Shown here one piece after another: positions 1-9,541 of a DNA stretch of 64,000 bases. Origin of the DNA: an uncultured Acidimicrobiaceae bacterium (GTDB taxonomy: Bacteria > Actinomycetota > Acidimicrobiia > Acidimicrobiales > RAAP-2); the NCBI GenBank assembly GCA_963807775.1, contig CAWECY010000004.1, positions 475,873 through 539,872 of the forward strand, in the 5' to 3' direction. The position numbers were made by a program, and so were the translations under genes. Position 1 is the first letter of the stretch. Every line of letters starts with the position of its first letter. The notes under the pieces are model-generated. The model saw only the letters and a list, made by a program, of their open reading frames with translations, searched no databases and had not been told where the DNA came from.

Positions 1-393
1 GAAGAGCCCGGTGTGGCTGCCGGCGACGGCAGCGGCCAGGGCGGGCGCCAGCGGCTGGCCGGCAGCCAACCCCGGACCCGAGGCCAGCAGCACCACGCCG
101 CCGCGCACGAGGGCCACCGGCGGCGGGCTCTTCCCGAAGAGAGCGTTCACCTCGGTCGCGAACGTCGCCGGTGACGCATTCGTCGCCTGGGCCACGGCGC
201 CGAGGGTTTGGAGCTGCGGCCCCGACGACGTGAGGATGCTCTCGGCCAGTGTGGTGACCTGGGTGGCCTCGCTCTGCAGCTGTGCCTGGTTCTGGTCGTC
301 CACGCTGTGCTCCAGCAGCAGTGCGGCGCCGATGCTCAGGAGCGCGACCAGGCCGCCCACGACCACCGCCAGCCAGACACGCGACCGCTTCAT
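1..393 (-). CDS. N-terminal part of a membrane-anchored protein (gene runs off the window start)
   Basis: Reverse-strand ATG at 391-393 gives MKRSRVWLAVVVGGLVALLSIGAALLLEH..., a basic N-terminus plus one TM helix. The frame stays open to position 1. It is absent from the ORF track because no stop lies in the window. No family recognised. Confidence 0.45.
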   Translation of the reverse strand, partial: MKRSRVWLAVVVGGLVALLSIGAALLLEHSVDDQNQAQLQSEATQVTTLAESILTSSGPQLQTLGAVAQATNASPATFATEVNALFGKSPPPVALVRGGVVLLASGPGLAAGQPLAPALAAAVAGSHTGLF

Positions 394-830
394 CCAGCGA
401 CCCCCCACCCCTCGCTACAGCCTCCTGAGCGCATCGGCTTCCCCAAAAGTCCAGCGTATCAGGAGCGTCACCGGGGTTTCGGCGCGGACAGGCAGACGTT
501 CGTCGGACCGGCTCGGACCCTACGACGGACACGAAGGACACCATCGGGCCGGGTAGCCGCCGGGTCCGGGCACCCATGGCCGGGCCGCGATCGACGGTGG
601 CGAGCCGGCGCTCATCGGCGCAGCTGGAGCGGAGTACACGCCGGTGGCGGGACTGCTCGCCTGATCGGAGGCCGGGCGGCGGGAGACTCGCGTCCTCCGC
701 GGCGGGCTGTGCGACGGGTCCATATGAAGGGTCGGCCCAACGGATTCGACCATATATACAGGCACGACTCCCCACTCATCACACCTGGGCGCCAGCCGGT
801 ACCCATAAGGCTCACAGTTACGCGGGATAC

Positions 831-2006
831 GTGCTTACCGTGCGACGGCACGGAGGTTGGGGGCATGCACTGGACAGCCCCGCGCTGCTCGCTGCAGGGG
901 TCCTCATCGTGGCGACGGCGTTCAGCATCTGCCGCCTCGAGGTGTTCGCACACGGGGACATCACGCGCTTCATCGACGTGGGCTCCGTCTTCACGAAGGT
1001 GTCAGAGATCCCGCGCCACGTCACCGTCGTTCCCGGCAGCGGATACGACGGGCAGTTCTACTACCGCCTTGCACTCGACCCGGCCAACCTGCATCGCAGC
1101 GCGTTCGGCATCACGATGGACAATGCCTACCGGGTCCAGAGGATCACCTACTCGGTGTTGGCCTGGCTCGCCGCCGCCGGCCAGCGGGCCGCCGTCCCGT
1201 ACTCGCTGGTGGCCGTCAACGTCGTCGCCTTGTCCGCGTTGGCCTGGTTGGGCGCCCTCCTCGCCCGTGACTGCGGGAGGCGCCCCGCCTGGGGTCTCCT
1301 GTTGCCCGCGTACTTCGGCTTCTTGTTCAGCCTGGGCCGCGATCTCACGGAGATCTGCGAGGCGTGCTTCGTCGTGGCGGGTCTGCTGTTGGTGCGCCGC
1401 GGCTGGCCGCTGCTGGCCGGGATGGCATGGGCACTCGCCGTGCTCAGCCGCGAGACGGCCCTGGTCGTCGTCGCGGGTGCGGCCCTGGTGGCCGTGGTCG
1501 AAGTGGCCCGGGGGAGACGCCGCTTCAGGCGCGCGGACACGACCTGGCTCATCCCCGTCGCCGCCTACGCCACCTGGCAGCTGGTCGGGTGGGCGTCGCT
1601 CGGATCCATCCCGATCCGAACGGACAGCGAGAACAACCTCACCTATCCCTTCGTCTCGATGGTGCAGGCGCTCTCGCACAACCTGGCGCAACTGCCCTCC
1701 GAGCACGCTGCCATCTGGCTGGCCCAGCTAGCGGTGCTCGGGTCAGTCGTCGTCTGGGCCGCCGTGGCCCTGCCCGGCTCGCAGGCCACCACGGTCGAGA
1801 AGTACTCGTGGGTCGTGGCGGCGCTCCTGGCGGTGTTCCTGACCAAGACCCTCTGGGAGAGCCACGCCGACTTCCGGGGCTTCGAAGACCTCTACCTTCT
1901 GTCGACGGTCGTGCTGCTGGCCTCCGACCGCAAGCTGAGGGTCGTCGCCGTGCTGGTGTCGGTCATGTGGGTGGTGACGTTCGCTCACCGGGTGGTGCTC
2001 TTCTGA
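831..2006 (+). CDS. Polytopic integral membrane protein (possible cell-envelope/glycopolymer biogenesis protein)
   Basis: This is the 3' two-thirds of ORF 576..2006. It has many hydrophobic helices (LLAAGVLIVATAFSI, VLAWLAAAG, VVALSALAWLGALLA...) and a GYDGQFYYRLALDP loop. The region upstream of 831 is Arg/Ser-rich and looks non-coding. The GTG 831 start is a guess. Confidence 0.6.
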   Translation: MLTVRRHGGWGHALDSPALLAAGVLIVATAFSICRLEVFAHGDITRFIDVGSVFTKVSEIPRHVTVVPGSGYDGQFYYRLALDPANLHRSAFGITMDNAYRVQRITYSVLAWLAAAGQRAAVPYSLVAVNVVALSALAWLGALLARDCGRRPAWGLLLPAYFGFLFSLGRDLTEICEACFVVAGLLLVRRGWPLLAGMAWALAVLSRETALVVVAGAALVAVVEVARGRRRFRRADTTWLIPVAAYATWQLVGWASLGSIPIRTDSENNLTYPFVSMVQALSHNLAQLPSEHAAIWLAQLAVLGSVVVWAAVALPGSQATTVEKYSWVVAALLAVFLTKTLWESHADFRGFEDLYLLSTVVLLASDRKLRVVAVLVSVMWVVTFAHRVVLF

Positions 2007-2430
2007 CGTCCACTGCCTGGGTGGGAAGTCCCACGAGCGGGGGGCGGTCCGCCCGCGCGGGTCGCCGTCAGTTGTACTCCGTAGATGTCCCAGGTCCGTC
2101 CATGCCGTCTCGGCCAGCTACATATCCCGGCTCATATAGAGGCACAGCGTCTGCTGAGTCCAACGATCAGCGGCCATGAACAAGCCAGTTGGGAGCACCG
2201 CAACGAACCCACTGGTGAATTGTCGCCTCTCGTATCGGGCTCCCTCCGGTTGTCCGGAGTCGTTCTTGGATCAGACTCCTTCAAACTCGCGGTCGTCGGA
2301 AGCTTGGAATGGTCAAGCCCAAAACGGCACAAGAGCAACTCTGGCCCAGAGCGATGCTTTTTGATCGCTTGACAGCCGCAACGCTTGAAAGGCGTGAGGT
2401 GCACAAAGCCAGGAGTTTGGGCCCGAACGC

Positions 2431-2463
2431 GCAACACCGACCCGCTTGGCGGGCCGGTGTTGC
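2431..2463. terminator. GC-rich hairpin 3' of the minus-strand membrane protein gene
   Basis: GCAACACCGACCCG (2431-2444) pairs with CGGGCCGGTGTTGC (2450-2463) with one mismatch. It lies 26 nt beyond the stop at 2489. There is no U-tract. Confidence 0.4.
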
Positions 2464-2488
2464 TCCTCACTGGGAGGGTTCGCTGGCG

Positions 2489-3103
2489 TCACACCGAGAC
2501 GAGCTCCTTCTCGGGAGTGTGACTGGGCAGAAGCTCCTCGTTCTCGTCCGTCCGCCGGGCGTGGGCGAAGCCGAGACCGACCAGCACCGCCATGACGCCT
2601 GCGAGGCAGAACGCTGCAATGGCGCACCAGAAGGCGATCATTGCGATGAGGCTGAAGCCGTAAGCCTCGAGAAGCAGCCCACGAAGCGTGGTGCCCTGGA
2701 AGACAGTCTGGACCTTGGCCTCGGCCGCCGTGTAGGCCGGCGATCCCTTGGGCAGGGCCATGGCCGCCGCGCTCAACTGGGCGTAGGTCTTGCCGCCGCC
2801 GATCTCACCGAGATGCACGTCGATGAAGTCATTGGCGTAGACTTCGGCCTGCTGCCCCGTGAGGAGCTGCTGTCCGGCGTACTGAGACACGGAGGGGATC
2901 ATGGACTTGGTGATCTCGGTCCCGTTAGGGTGGGCGAACGCCGCCGCCGAGGGGAACGTGATCTGCTGCTCGGCCAGTTGGGTGTGCACGTAGTTGTTGG
3001 CGAAGCTGTAGCCCACGAGCAGCAGTGAGCCGGCAACGGCCAGCACGATGACGATGACCACACCGCCGACACTGGCCAGCATGTCGAAAACCTTGCGTCG
3101 CAT
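2489..3103 (-). CDS. Membrane protein with N- and C-terminal TM helices and an extracytoplasmic central domain
   Basis: Internal ATG at 3101-3103 is preceded by AAGGAG (complement of 3111-3116). The product starts MRRKVFDMLASVGGVVIVIVLAVAG and has a C-terminal TM IAMIAFWCAIAAFCLAGVMAVLVGLGF. The upstream 44 codons of the tracked ORF were rejected. Confidence 0.75.
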   Translation of the reverse strand: MRRKVFDMLASVGGVVIVIVLAVAGSLLLVGYSFANNYVHTQLAEQQITFPSAAAFAHPNGTEITKSMIPSVSQYAGQQLLTGQQAEVYANDFIDVHLGEIGGGKTYAQLSAAAMALPKGSPAYTAAEAKVQTVFQGTTLRGLLLEAYGFSLIAMIAFWCAIAAFCLAGVMAVLVGLGFAHARRTDENEELLPSHTPEKELVSV

Positions 3104-3201
3104 TGTGTATCTCCTTGTTCGTGATCCCTCCCAGTGAGGAGATCCATCTCCATCGTCCACGAGCGAGGTCCCGCTGAGATGAGCGCAAAGGTCCTGTGGG
3201 C

Positions 3202-3216
3202 TAGGGAGAAAGGTCC
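3202..3216 (-). promoter_or_regulatory. Copy of the recurring 15-nt box (TAGGGAGAAAGGTCC on the + strand; 14/15 match to the other two copies)
   Basis: Direct sequence comparison with 7060-7074 and 16611-16625. It lies 98 nt upstream of the minus-strand start at 3103. A second AAGGTCC sits at 3188-3195. Confidence 0.45.
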
Positions 3217-3303
3217 CTTGGTCGGGCGCATCCAAATGGCGTTGGCGCCGAAAGGGGAGGATCCTCCGTAGTCGGGGCTATTCGCCCCGCACAGACTGGA
3301 CGC

Positions 3304-3648
3304 ATGAGCATGTACGTGGAGGTCCTTTCTGGGGCCATGGACCGATGGGACACGGAGCTGTCCGGCGATGCTCTCATCGACTACGCGCTCACCTGCCGAG
3401 CCGCGCTACCCGCTCGGGATTTAGGGGCCGGGGTCTGGTCGGAGGCTTCCTTGGTTGCCGAGGTCGCCTACGACCGAGCTCTCATAAGCCTGGCGGCCGA
3501 GCATGGCATCGACGTGGCTCCGAGGAACTTCGTGCACCCGAGGATCGAGCGGGACCGCCTCGAGCTCGAGTTGGCTCGCCGGGGCGTCTCTCTCGAAGTC
3601 CCGGTTCGCGACCCAACGACTCGGGGAACGCCTAGTCCTGGCTCTTGA
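3304..3648 (+). CDS. Hypothetical protein
   Basis: 114-aa ORF with reasonable composition. No motif recognised. Its 3' end overlaps the convergent response regulator by 17 nt. Confidence 0.45.
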   Translation: MSMYVEVLSGAMDRWDTELSGDALIDYALTCRAALPARDLGAGVWSEASLVAEVAYDRALISLAAEHGIDVAPRNFVHPRIERDRLELELARRGVSLEVPVRDPTTRGTPSPGS

Positions 3649-4270
3649 GCTTGGTGGCGTAGATGGCGGCCTCGGTGCGGCTCGTGACCTTGAGCTTGCG
3701 CAGCAGGCCGGTGATGTAGTTCTTCACCGTGTTCTCCGAGAGGAACATCGCCTCGGCTATCTGTTTGTTGGTCTTGCCTTCTGCGATGAGATCCAAGATG
3801 CGAGACTCTTGGGGCGAGAGGGACGCGATCGACGGATCAATCTGAGGCGGGTTGGCGATCCGCTCGACCACCCGGGCCACGGCCCTGGGATCCATGAGCG
3901 ATACCCCTGTCGCCACCTTCTTCACGTCCTCGACCAGGTCACGGGCCTTGATCTGCTTGAGGACGTAGCCCGCTGCCCCGGCCATCACGCTGGCGTACAT
4001 GGCTTCGTCGTCGGCGAAGCTGGTGAGCATCAGGCAGACCAAGTTGGGCATGGCGGAGCGCAGATCGCGGCACACCTCGATGCCGTCACCGTCTTCGAGA
4101 CGCACGTCGAGGATGGCGACGTCCGGCTTGGCCAAGGGCGCCCGGGTCAGCGCCTCGTCGCCGGTCGAAGCCTCGCCCACCACTTCGATTTCGCTGTCGC
4201 TCTCGAGCAGGCTCCGAATGCCCTCTCGGACCAGTTCGTGGTCGTCGAGCAGGAACACGCGGATGGCCAC
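3632..4270 (-). CDS. NarL/LuxR-family two-component response regulator (DosR/DevR-like)
   Basis: Receiver motifs LLDDHELV and DVAILDVRLEDGDG. C-terminal LuxR HTH LSPQESRILDLIAEGKTNKQIAEAMFLSENTVKNYITGLLRKLKV. GTG start. Confidence 0.9.
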   Translation of the reverse strand: MAIRVFLLDDHELVREGIRSLLESDSEIEVVGEASTGDEALTRAPLAKPDVAILDVRLEDGDGIEVCRDLRSAMPNLVCLMLTSFADDEAMYASVMAGAAGYVLKQIKARDLVEDVKKVATGVSLMDPRAVARVVERIANPPQIDPSIASLSPQESRILDLIAEGKTNKQIAEAMFLSENTVKNYITGLLRKLKVTSRTEAAIYATKLKSQD

Positions 4271-4338
4271 GGGACCATTGTGCCAGTACCGCCTGCGCTC
4301 CTGCGAAACTCCCGCGTACCGACAGTACGATCCGCCTC

Positions 4339-5466
4339 GTGCCCTACACGCGGGTCAACGACCCCGAGAAGCTGCGCCGGCTCATGGGAGCCGTGCTCAT
4401 GATCACGGCCGACGTCGAGCTGGCCGATCTGCTCCGTCACCTGGTGGAGGAGGCCAGGTCCCTGGTTGGCGCCCGCTACGCCGCACTCGGCGTGCTCAAC
4501 GAGACCCGCACCGGCCTCGAGCAGTTCATCACCGTTGGGCTCAGCGAGGCCGAGGAGGCCCAGATCGGCGATCGGCCTACTGGGCGCGGGGTCCTCGGCC
4601 TGCTCATCACGGAGCCGGCTCCCCTGCGGCTCTCCCACCTCGAGCAACACCCCGGCCGCTACGGATTTCCTCCGAACCACCCGCCGATGACCTCGTTCCT
4701 GGGGGTGCCGTTGCGAGTGCGCAACGACGTCTACGGCAACCTCTACCTGACGGACAAGGAGGACGCGACCGCGTTCACCGACGAGGACGAGGCATTGGCC
4801 GAAGCTCTCGCTTTAGCGGCCGGCATTGCCATTGAGAACACCAGGCTCCACGACAGGGTCCGCGTCATGAGCGTGCTCGACGACCGGGACCGGATCGCCC
4901 GTGACTTGCACGACCGGGTCATCCAGCGCATCTACGCCGTCGGCATGAGCCTCCAAGGCGCCACGAGAATGCCCGAGCGTGAGCAGGTCGTCGAGCGAGT
5001 ATCCCGGGCTATCGACGAGCTCGATGACACCATCACCCAGATCCGCTCGGCCATCTTCGAACTGGGGGACGCCGCCCTACCGGGCGGACTGCGCCAAGCC
5101 GTTCTGCACCTCTCAGAACAGTTGGCGGGAACCCTCGGTAGCCGTCCCGAGGTCCGGTTCGAAGGGGCCGTGGACAACGACGTGCCCCAACAGATCGGCG
5201 ACCATGTCCTGGCTGTGGTGCGAGAAGGCCTCACCAACGCCGGAAAGCACTCGGGAGCCACGCGCTTCGTGGTGACTATGACCGTGACTGACGATCTGAC
5301 CCTCCAGGTCGTAGACGACGGGACAGGCATCGAATTGCCCGTGGTCGAACCGGGACTCGGGTTGGTCAACATCCGTGAACGCGCCGAAAAACTCGGTGGG
5401 TCGTTCGAGATCCACCCGAGAGACGGAGGGGGCACCCGCCTGGTGTGGACCGTTCCGCTCCGGTGA
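4339..5466 (+). CDS. Soluble GAF-domain sensor histidine kinase (HisKA_3/HATPase; DosS/DosT-like with a single GAF)
   Basis: GAF-like N-terminus (GVLGLL...FLGVPLRVRNDVYGNLYLTDK), H-box RIARDLHDRVIQRIY, N-box GLTNAGKHS and G-box GLGLVNIRERAEKLGG. No TM helix. Divergent from the response regulator. Confidence 0.9.
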   Translation: MPYTRVNDPEKLRRLMGAVLMITADVELADLLRHLVEEARSLVGARYAALGVLNETRTGLEQFITVGLSEAEEAQIGDRPTGRGVLGLLITEPAPLRLSHLEQHPGRYGFPPNHPPMTSFLGVPLRVRNDVYGNLYLTDKEDATAFTDEDEALAEALALAAGIAIENTRLHDRVRVMSVLDDRDRIARDLHDRVIQRIYAVGMSLQGATRMPEREQVVERVSRAIDELDDTITQIRSAIFELGDAALPGGLRQAVLHLSEQLAGTLGSRPEVRFEGAVDNDVPQQIGDHVLAVVREGLTNAGKHSGATRFVVTMTVTDDLTLQVVDDGTGIELPVVEPGLGLVNIRERAEKLGGSFEIHPRDGGGTRLVWTVPLR

Positions 5467-5528
5467 CGACATGACGTCGCCCTCGTGTGCGTCAGTCGAA
5501 TCGTTCACACTGAACAGTCGGCACTCCT

Positions 5529-6935
5529 TCAGTATTCGCTCGGTGCCGGCCGCGAGGTCAGGCCACGGAACGCTTCGTGTATGCCGTCGCAGAAGGCGTC
5601 GATGTCGGGGCAGACGGTGGGATCGACGAGTACGCCCAGGTTGAGCTGGTCCAGATACGAGAGGACCGCGACGCCGAGTCCCTGGTTTCCCACGAGCGGC
5701 ACCAAGGGGTAGGCCTCCAGCATCTTTGCCCCGATCGCATAGAGAGGGACGCTTGGACCGGGCACGTTCGTCACGATCAGGTTGAAGAAGGGCTGATGCT
5801 GGACCAGCCACCCCAACGCGGCCAGTGCCGACGTCGGCAGCGGCTGGAGGGCACGGAGGGCGGCGTCGGCCACCAGCTCCTGGTGATGCTCCTTCTGCGA
5901 CGCCGTCTGTGAGGAGATGGTCGCCAGGGTGTGCTCGGGGTCGTCGGAACCAACCGGGAGTTTGACGAGCAAGCCCGAAACACGGTTGGCCATACCCCGG
6001 GCAGGTCCGGAGTCCAGGCCGACGGGGATCAGCGCGTTGACCTCTTCGTCGGCCCCTGCTGATCGACCCATCATTTTGTGCAGGCCCTGCGTCACGACGG
6101 TCAGAACGACGTCATTGACGGTGCCACCTCGGGCGTGAGCGATGGTGCGCGCATCCTCGAGTGGCAATCGAACGAAACGAATCTGGCGGTGAGGGCCAAT
6201 CTGATGATTCAGGGGCGACGGTGGAGCCAGGGGTCCGGCGCGGAGCACCTGTGCCGCCGCACCGAGTTCCGCCGTCCAGCCCCGGGCGCGTCGGAGCGGG
6301 TGCAGTGCCGTCCAGCCGGCCCACGCTCCCAACCGGACGCCGATCTCGCCCAGGCGCCAGAGATCCCGTGCGGCATCGACCACGAACGGCACCGGAGCCT
6401 GGGGTTGCCAGGGGGCAGCCGCCGGGCGGGTGGGGCACTCCGGCGACAGATCGAGCAGCACCATGGCGAGCTCGGCGGCGGCGATGCCGTCCGCCATCGA
6501 GTGATGCAGCCTCTCGATCAACGCGATCTGACCGCTCTCGAGCCCTTCAACGAAGGTCAGCTCCCACAACGGCCGGCCCTGGGTGAGCGGGGTGGAGACC
6601 ACCTCGGCACAGAGCTCAAGGAGGTCTGTGTCAGCGCCCGGTGCTGCCAACGGCCGCCGAGTGACGTGGTTGGCGATGTCGAAGGCCGGGTCGTCGCACC
6701 ACACGGGTGGCGCCTCGATCAACGTGCCCGGTCGGGCGATTTGCCGCAATTTTGGAACTAGCTCAAGTCGGGAGGAGATCAGTTGGCGGAGGTCCTCGAT
6801 GCGAAGGTCACCTCGCTCGTCGAGCAGAGGTCCTGCTTCGAAGAACGCGATCGACACCATGTGCATGGGGGTGCGATCGGACTCGACCTGAAGGAACATG
6901 GCATCGAGCGGCGACAGCCCCGAGGCGGGCCTCAC
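5529..6935 (-). CDS. Wax ester synthase/diacylglycerol acyltransferase (WS/DGAT, triacylglycerol synthase)
   Basis: N-terminus LSPLDAMFL and the catalytic HHSMADGIA (HHxxxDG) motif. The 468-aa length is typical. Confidence 0.9.
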   Translation of the reverse strand: MRPASGLSPLDAMFLQVESDRTPMHMVSIAFFEAGPLLDERGDLRIEDLRQLISSRLELVPKLRQIARPGTLIEAPPVWCDDPAFDIANHVTRRPLAAPGADTDLLELCAEVVSTPLTQGRPLWELTFVEGLESGQIALIERLHHSMADGIAAAELAMVLLDLSPECPTRPAAAPWQPQAPVPFVVDAARDLWRLGEIGVRLGAWAGWTALHPLRRARGWTAELGAAAQVLRAGPLAPPSPLNHQIGPHRQIRFVRLPLEDARTIAHARGGTVNDVVLTVVTQGLHKMMGRSAGADEEVNALIPVGLDSGPARGMANRVSGLLVKLPVGSDDPEHTLATISSQTASQKEHHQELVADAALRALQPLPTSALAALGWLVQHQPFFNLIVTNVPGPSVPLYAIGAKMLEAYPLVPLVGNQGLGVAVLSYLDQLNLGVLVDPTVCPDIDAFCDGIHEAFRGLTSRPAPSEY

Positions 6936-6986
6936 GGCGAGACTTCCCTGCGAGGAAGTCGGGTGCGGGGCAGGCGCTGTGTTCCC

Positions 6987-6999
6987 AGGTCACGGACCA
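6987..6999. promoter_or_regulatory. Imperfect inverted repeat AGGTCACGGACCA in the tgs / HTH-PPOX divergent intergenic region
   Basis: GGTC..GACC arms, resembling GGTCCTAAGGACC at 16621-16633. It lies 52 nt upstream of the WS/DGAT start. Confidence 0.3.
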
Positions 7000-7059
7000 T
7001 GAACAGAGTGTGGCGGCATTCGGCTGGAGGCCGCTACCGACTTAGCTCCCTGGCCGGCG

Positions 7060-7074
7060 GGACCTTCCTCCCTA
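7060..7074 (+). promoter_or_regulatory. Copy of the recurring 15-nt box (GGACCTTCCTCCCTA)
   Basis: Exact reverse complement of 16611-16625. It lies 34 nt upstream of the ATG at 7109. It is preceded by a G, giving GGGACC, which is a DosR-type half-site. Confidence 0.5.
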
Positions 7075-7108
7075 GCCGCGGCCGATACCCGAAGAGCACA
7101 CTCGGAAC

Positions 7109-7798
7109 ATGGACACCGCCATCGGAAAAGAGTCTGGAGACCTCGCTCGACGTATCACGCAACGTCGCCAGGAGCTTGGACTGACAGCAGAGGACCTGGC
7201 GCGCCGGGCGGGGTTGGCCCCCGAATTTCTCGACTACTTCGAGCAGCACGCCGACGGGCAGCTGAGCAGTGGGACGCTTACCAGGATCGCTCGCGCCCTC
7301 CAGACGGTCCCGGCCGACCTTCTGGGTGGTGACAGAAGCCGCCCATTGGGCAACGCGGGCGCGCTGCCTGGGGCCATTCTCGAGCCACTGACGCCAGCGC
7401 AGTGTCGGAAGCACCTCGAAGGCGGGGGCGTGGGAAGGGTCATCTTTTGCGCATCCCGGGGTCCGGTGGCGCTTCCCGTGAATTATCGGTTCTCAAAGAG
7501 CGAAGTGCTGTTCAATACGACGATGAAGACGGCGACGGAGCTCGAGTCCCAGGGCACCGTCGGTTTTGAGATCGATCGGATCGACGACGTGTTCAGCGAG
7601 GGCTGGAGCGTCATCGTGACCGGATCTGCTCGCCTGGTGGACCACCCGGACGAGCTGGTCGCGCATGCCGCACACCGGATCGAGCCGTGGGCGGGGGGAG
7701 CTCGGGGAGCGGTCGTGGCGATCACGGCCGACGAGGTCACGGGACGAGTCATCGTCCACGACGGGACAGGTGATCCGACACCCGGACCGAGCCGGTAG
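7109..7798 (+). CDS. XRE-type HTH domain fused to a pyridoxamine 5'-phosphate oxidase-fold (PPOX/F420-type) domain
   Basis: N-terminus LARRITQRRQELGLTAEDLARRAG. C-terminal half GRVIFCASRGPVALPVNYRF...GWSVIVTGSARLV is typical of the PPOX split-barrel fold. Confidence 0.8.
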   Translation: MDTAIGKESGDLARRITQRRQELGLTAEDLARRAGLAPEFLDYFEQHADGQLSSGTLTRIARALQTVPADLLGGDRSRPLGNAGALPGAILEPLTPAQCRKHLEGGGVGRVIFCASRGPVALPVNYRFSKSEVLFNTTMKTATELESQGTVGFEIDRIDDVFSEGWSVIVTGSARLVDHPDELVAHAAHRIEPWAGGARGAVVAITADEVTGRVIVHDGTGDPTPGPSR

Positions 7799-7912
7799 GC
7801 CACCGGCCCCTCGATCACGACAAGGGCTTACGATCAAAGGTGCAGAGAACGATGAGCCAGGGCCCAGCGAGCCGGACCGAAGGCCGAGAACTCCCCGTCG
7901 GATATCCCTTAG

Positions 7913-8841
7913 AACGTGTTTGGTAACCCGTGTCACGGCGGAGCCCAGGGGCGCCGACCTGGTGGGCGTGCAAGGCGATTGAGCATCAGTCCGATCATCG
8001 CCCACTTGACGAACGCCTCGTGCGTCTCGGGCAGCCGCTCGTAGTCGCGCACCAGTCGGCGCCAGCGCATGAGCCAGGCCAACGTGCGCTCGACCACCCA
8101 GCGCCGAGGCAGGACGGCAAAGCCGCGCTGGTCCTTGGGCTTGGAGACGATCTCGACGGTCATCTTCCAGTAGCGCCGGGCCCGCACGACGAGTCGACCG
8201 GCATAGCCACCGTCGGCGAAGACGTGGCGCAGCCGGGGATACCAGCCATGGGCCAGCTTTAACGCGTCGACTCCTCCGTCGCGGTCTTGCACCGAGGCCG
8301 CAGTCACCATCACGACGAGCAACAACCCGAGCGTGTCGGTCACGATATGGCGCTTTCTTCCCTGCACTCGCTTCCCGGCGTCATAACCGCGAGTGTCCTT
8401 TCCGACGGTGTCGGCCCCACGCAGGGACTGCGAATCGACGATCCCCGCACTCGGTTCGGCCTTCCTCTTGGTGCCGTCGGGCTTCTCGGTCCTCTTGCGC
8501 AGCTCCTCGCGCAAGGTGTCGTGGATGAGATCGAGCGTCCCGTCGTCGCGCCAGTCGACGAAGTAGCCGTAGACGGTGCGCCAATGCGGGAGATCCTTGG
8601 GCAGCATGCGCCAAGCACACCCGGCGCGCGTCAGGTACAAGATGGCATTGACGATCTCGCGCTTGGGATACAACGGAGGCCGTCCGCCGGGAGCCACCGG
8701 CACCGTGTCGGGCAACATAGGCTCCACCAACGCCCACTGACGATCGGTCAGATCGGTCGGATATCTGCGGCCCGGCGCCACGCACACCAGTGCAGCGCAA
8801 TCGAGAGTAAATCGCGAGCACCGCGCGCTACCAAACGCGCT
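7913..8841 (-). mobile_element. IS5-family insertion sequence (about 0.93 kb, single transposase ORF)
   Basis: Transposase ORF plus imperfect terminal inverted repeats. The core is GTGTTTGGTAAC at 7916-7927 versus GCTACCAAACGC at 8827-8838 (10/12 as reverse complement). Exact ends and target duplication were not resolved. Confidence 0.75.
7933..8787 (-). CDS. IS5-family DDE transposase
   Basis: RRYPTDLTDRQWALVEPMLP, NAILYLTRAGCAWRMLPKDLP, IVDSQS, HIVTDTLGLLL, FADGGY and VVERTLAWL are hallmark IS5 (IS427/ISL2-like) blocks. GTG start at 8787 or 8781 is inferred. The stop lies inside the left IR. Confidence 0.85.
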   Translation of the reverse strand: MCVAPGRRYPTDLTDRQWALVEPMLPDTVPVAPGGRPPLYPKREIVNAILYLTRAGCAWRMLPKDLPHWRTVYGYFVDWRDDGTLDLIHDTLREELRKRTEKPDGTKRKAEPSAGIVDSQSLRGADTVGKDTRGYDAGKRVQGRKRHIVTDTLGLLLVVMVTAASVQDRDGGVDALKLAHGWYPRLRHVFADGGYAGRLVVRARRYWKMTVEIVSKPKDQRGFAVLPRRWVVERTLAWLMRWRRLVRDYERLPETHEAFVKWAMIGLMLNRLARPPGRRPWAPP

Positions 8842-8971
8842 GGTCACGCGCGATTTTGAAAACTTCTCCTCACAAGTGCTATCGACGACAGCGAGCTACG
8901 TCTTCAGCTGCTCCCATGTCGGCACCTGGTTTCCAAACACGTACTTAGAACTGGAGTTCGACGCAGTATCC

Positions 8972-9541
8972 ATGGAGCAGTTCCGTTTTCTCGTACGTCC
9001 CATTCGTCCGGACGACGTCGGCGCACTGGTCCAGTTCCACGAGCACCTGTCCGACCGCTCGTGCTATCTCAGGTTCTTCTCCCTCCATCGGCATCTCTCT
9101 CCGATAGAAGTCGAGCGGTTCACGCAGGTGGACTATCGGGACCGCCTCGCGCTGGTGGCCGAGCACGACGGCCGGCTCATCGCCGTCGGCCGCTACGACC
9201 GCCGCCCGGAGACGACCGAGGCCGACGTCGCCTTCGTCGTGGCCGACGAATGTCAACATCATGGCATCGGGTCATTGCTGCTGGACGAGTTGGCTGATGC
9301 GGCACGTGACCGCGGCATCACCACCTTCGTGGCCGACACGCTCCAAGAGAACCTCACGATGCTCCAAGTGTTCTCCCATTCGGGGTTCCCGGTTAGCCGG
9401 CACTACGAATACGGCACCGCCTCCTTGCGGTTTCCCATCACGCTTACTCCGTCCTACGAGAAATGCCTCGCGCGACGCCGAACTGGCTGGCAGATCGCTG
9501 CAAGCAATGCCTTGTTGCTCGAGGCTCACGGCGACGGTTGA
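8972..9541 (+). CDS. GNAT-family N-acetyltransferase (Pat-type protein acetyltransferase-like domain)
   Basis: Internal ATG at 8972. LRFFSLHRHLSPIEVERFTQVDYRDRLALVAE...VVADECQHHGIGSLLLDEL is typical of the GNAT acetyl-CoA site. Confidence 0.8.
   Translation: MEQFRFLVRPIRPDDVGALVQFHEHLSDRSCYLRFFSLHRHLSPIEVERFTQVDYRDRLALVAEHDGRLIAVGRYDRRPETTEADVAFVVADECQHHGIGSLLLDELADAARDRGITTFVADTLQENLTMLQVFSHSGFPVSRHYEYGTASLRFPITLTPSYEKCLARRRTGWQIAASNALLLEAHGDG

Noticed and set aside
3202-3216. Reading the 15-nt box (GGGAGGAAGG on one strand) as a Shine-Dalgarno sequence for small upstream ORFs.
   Set aside because: Only the 3202 copy has a possible start codon at SD distance, a TTG with a 17-codon ORF. The copies at 7060 and 16611 have none. 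A shared RBS function is therefore unlikely.
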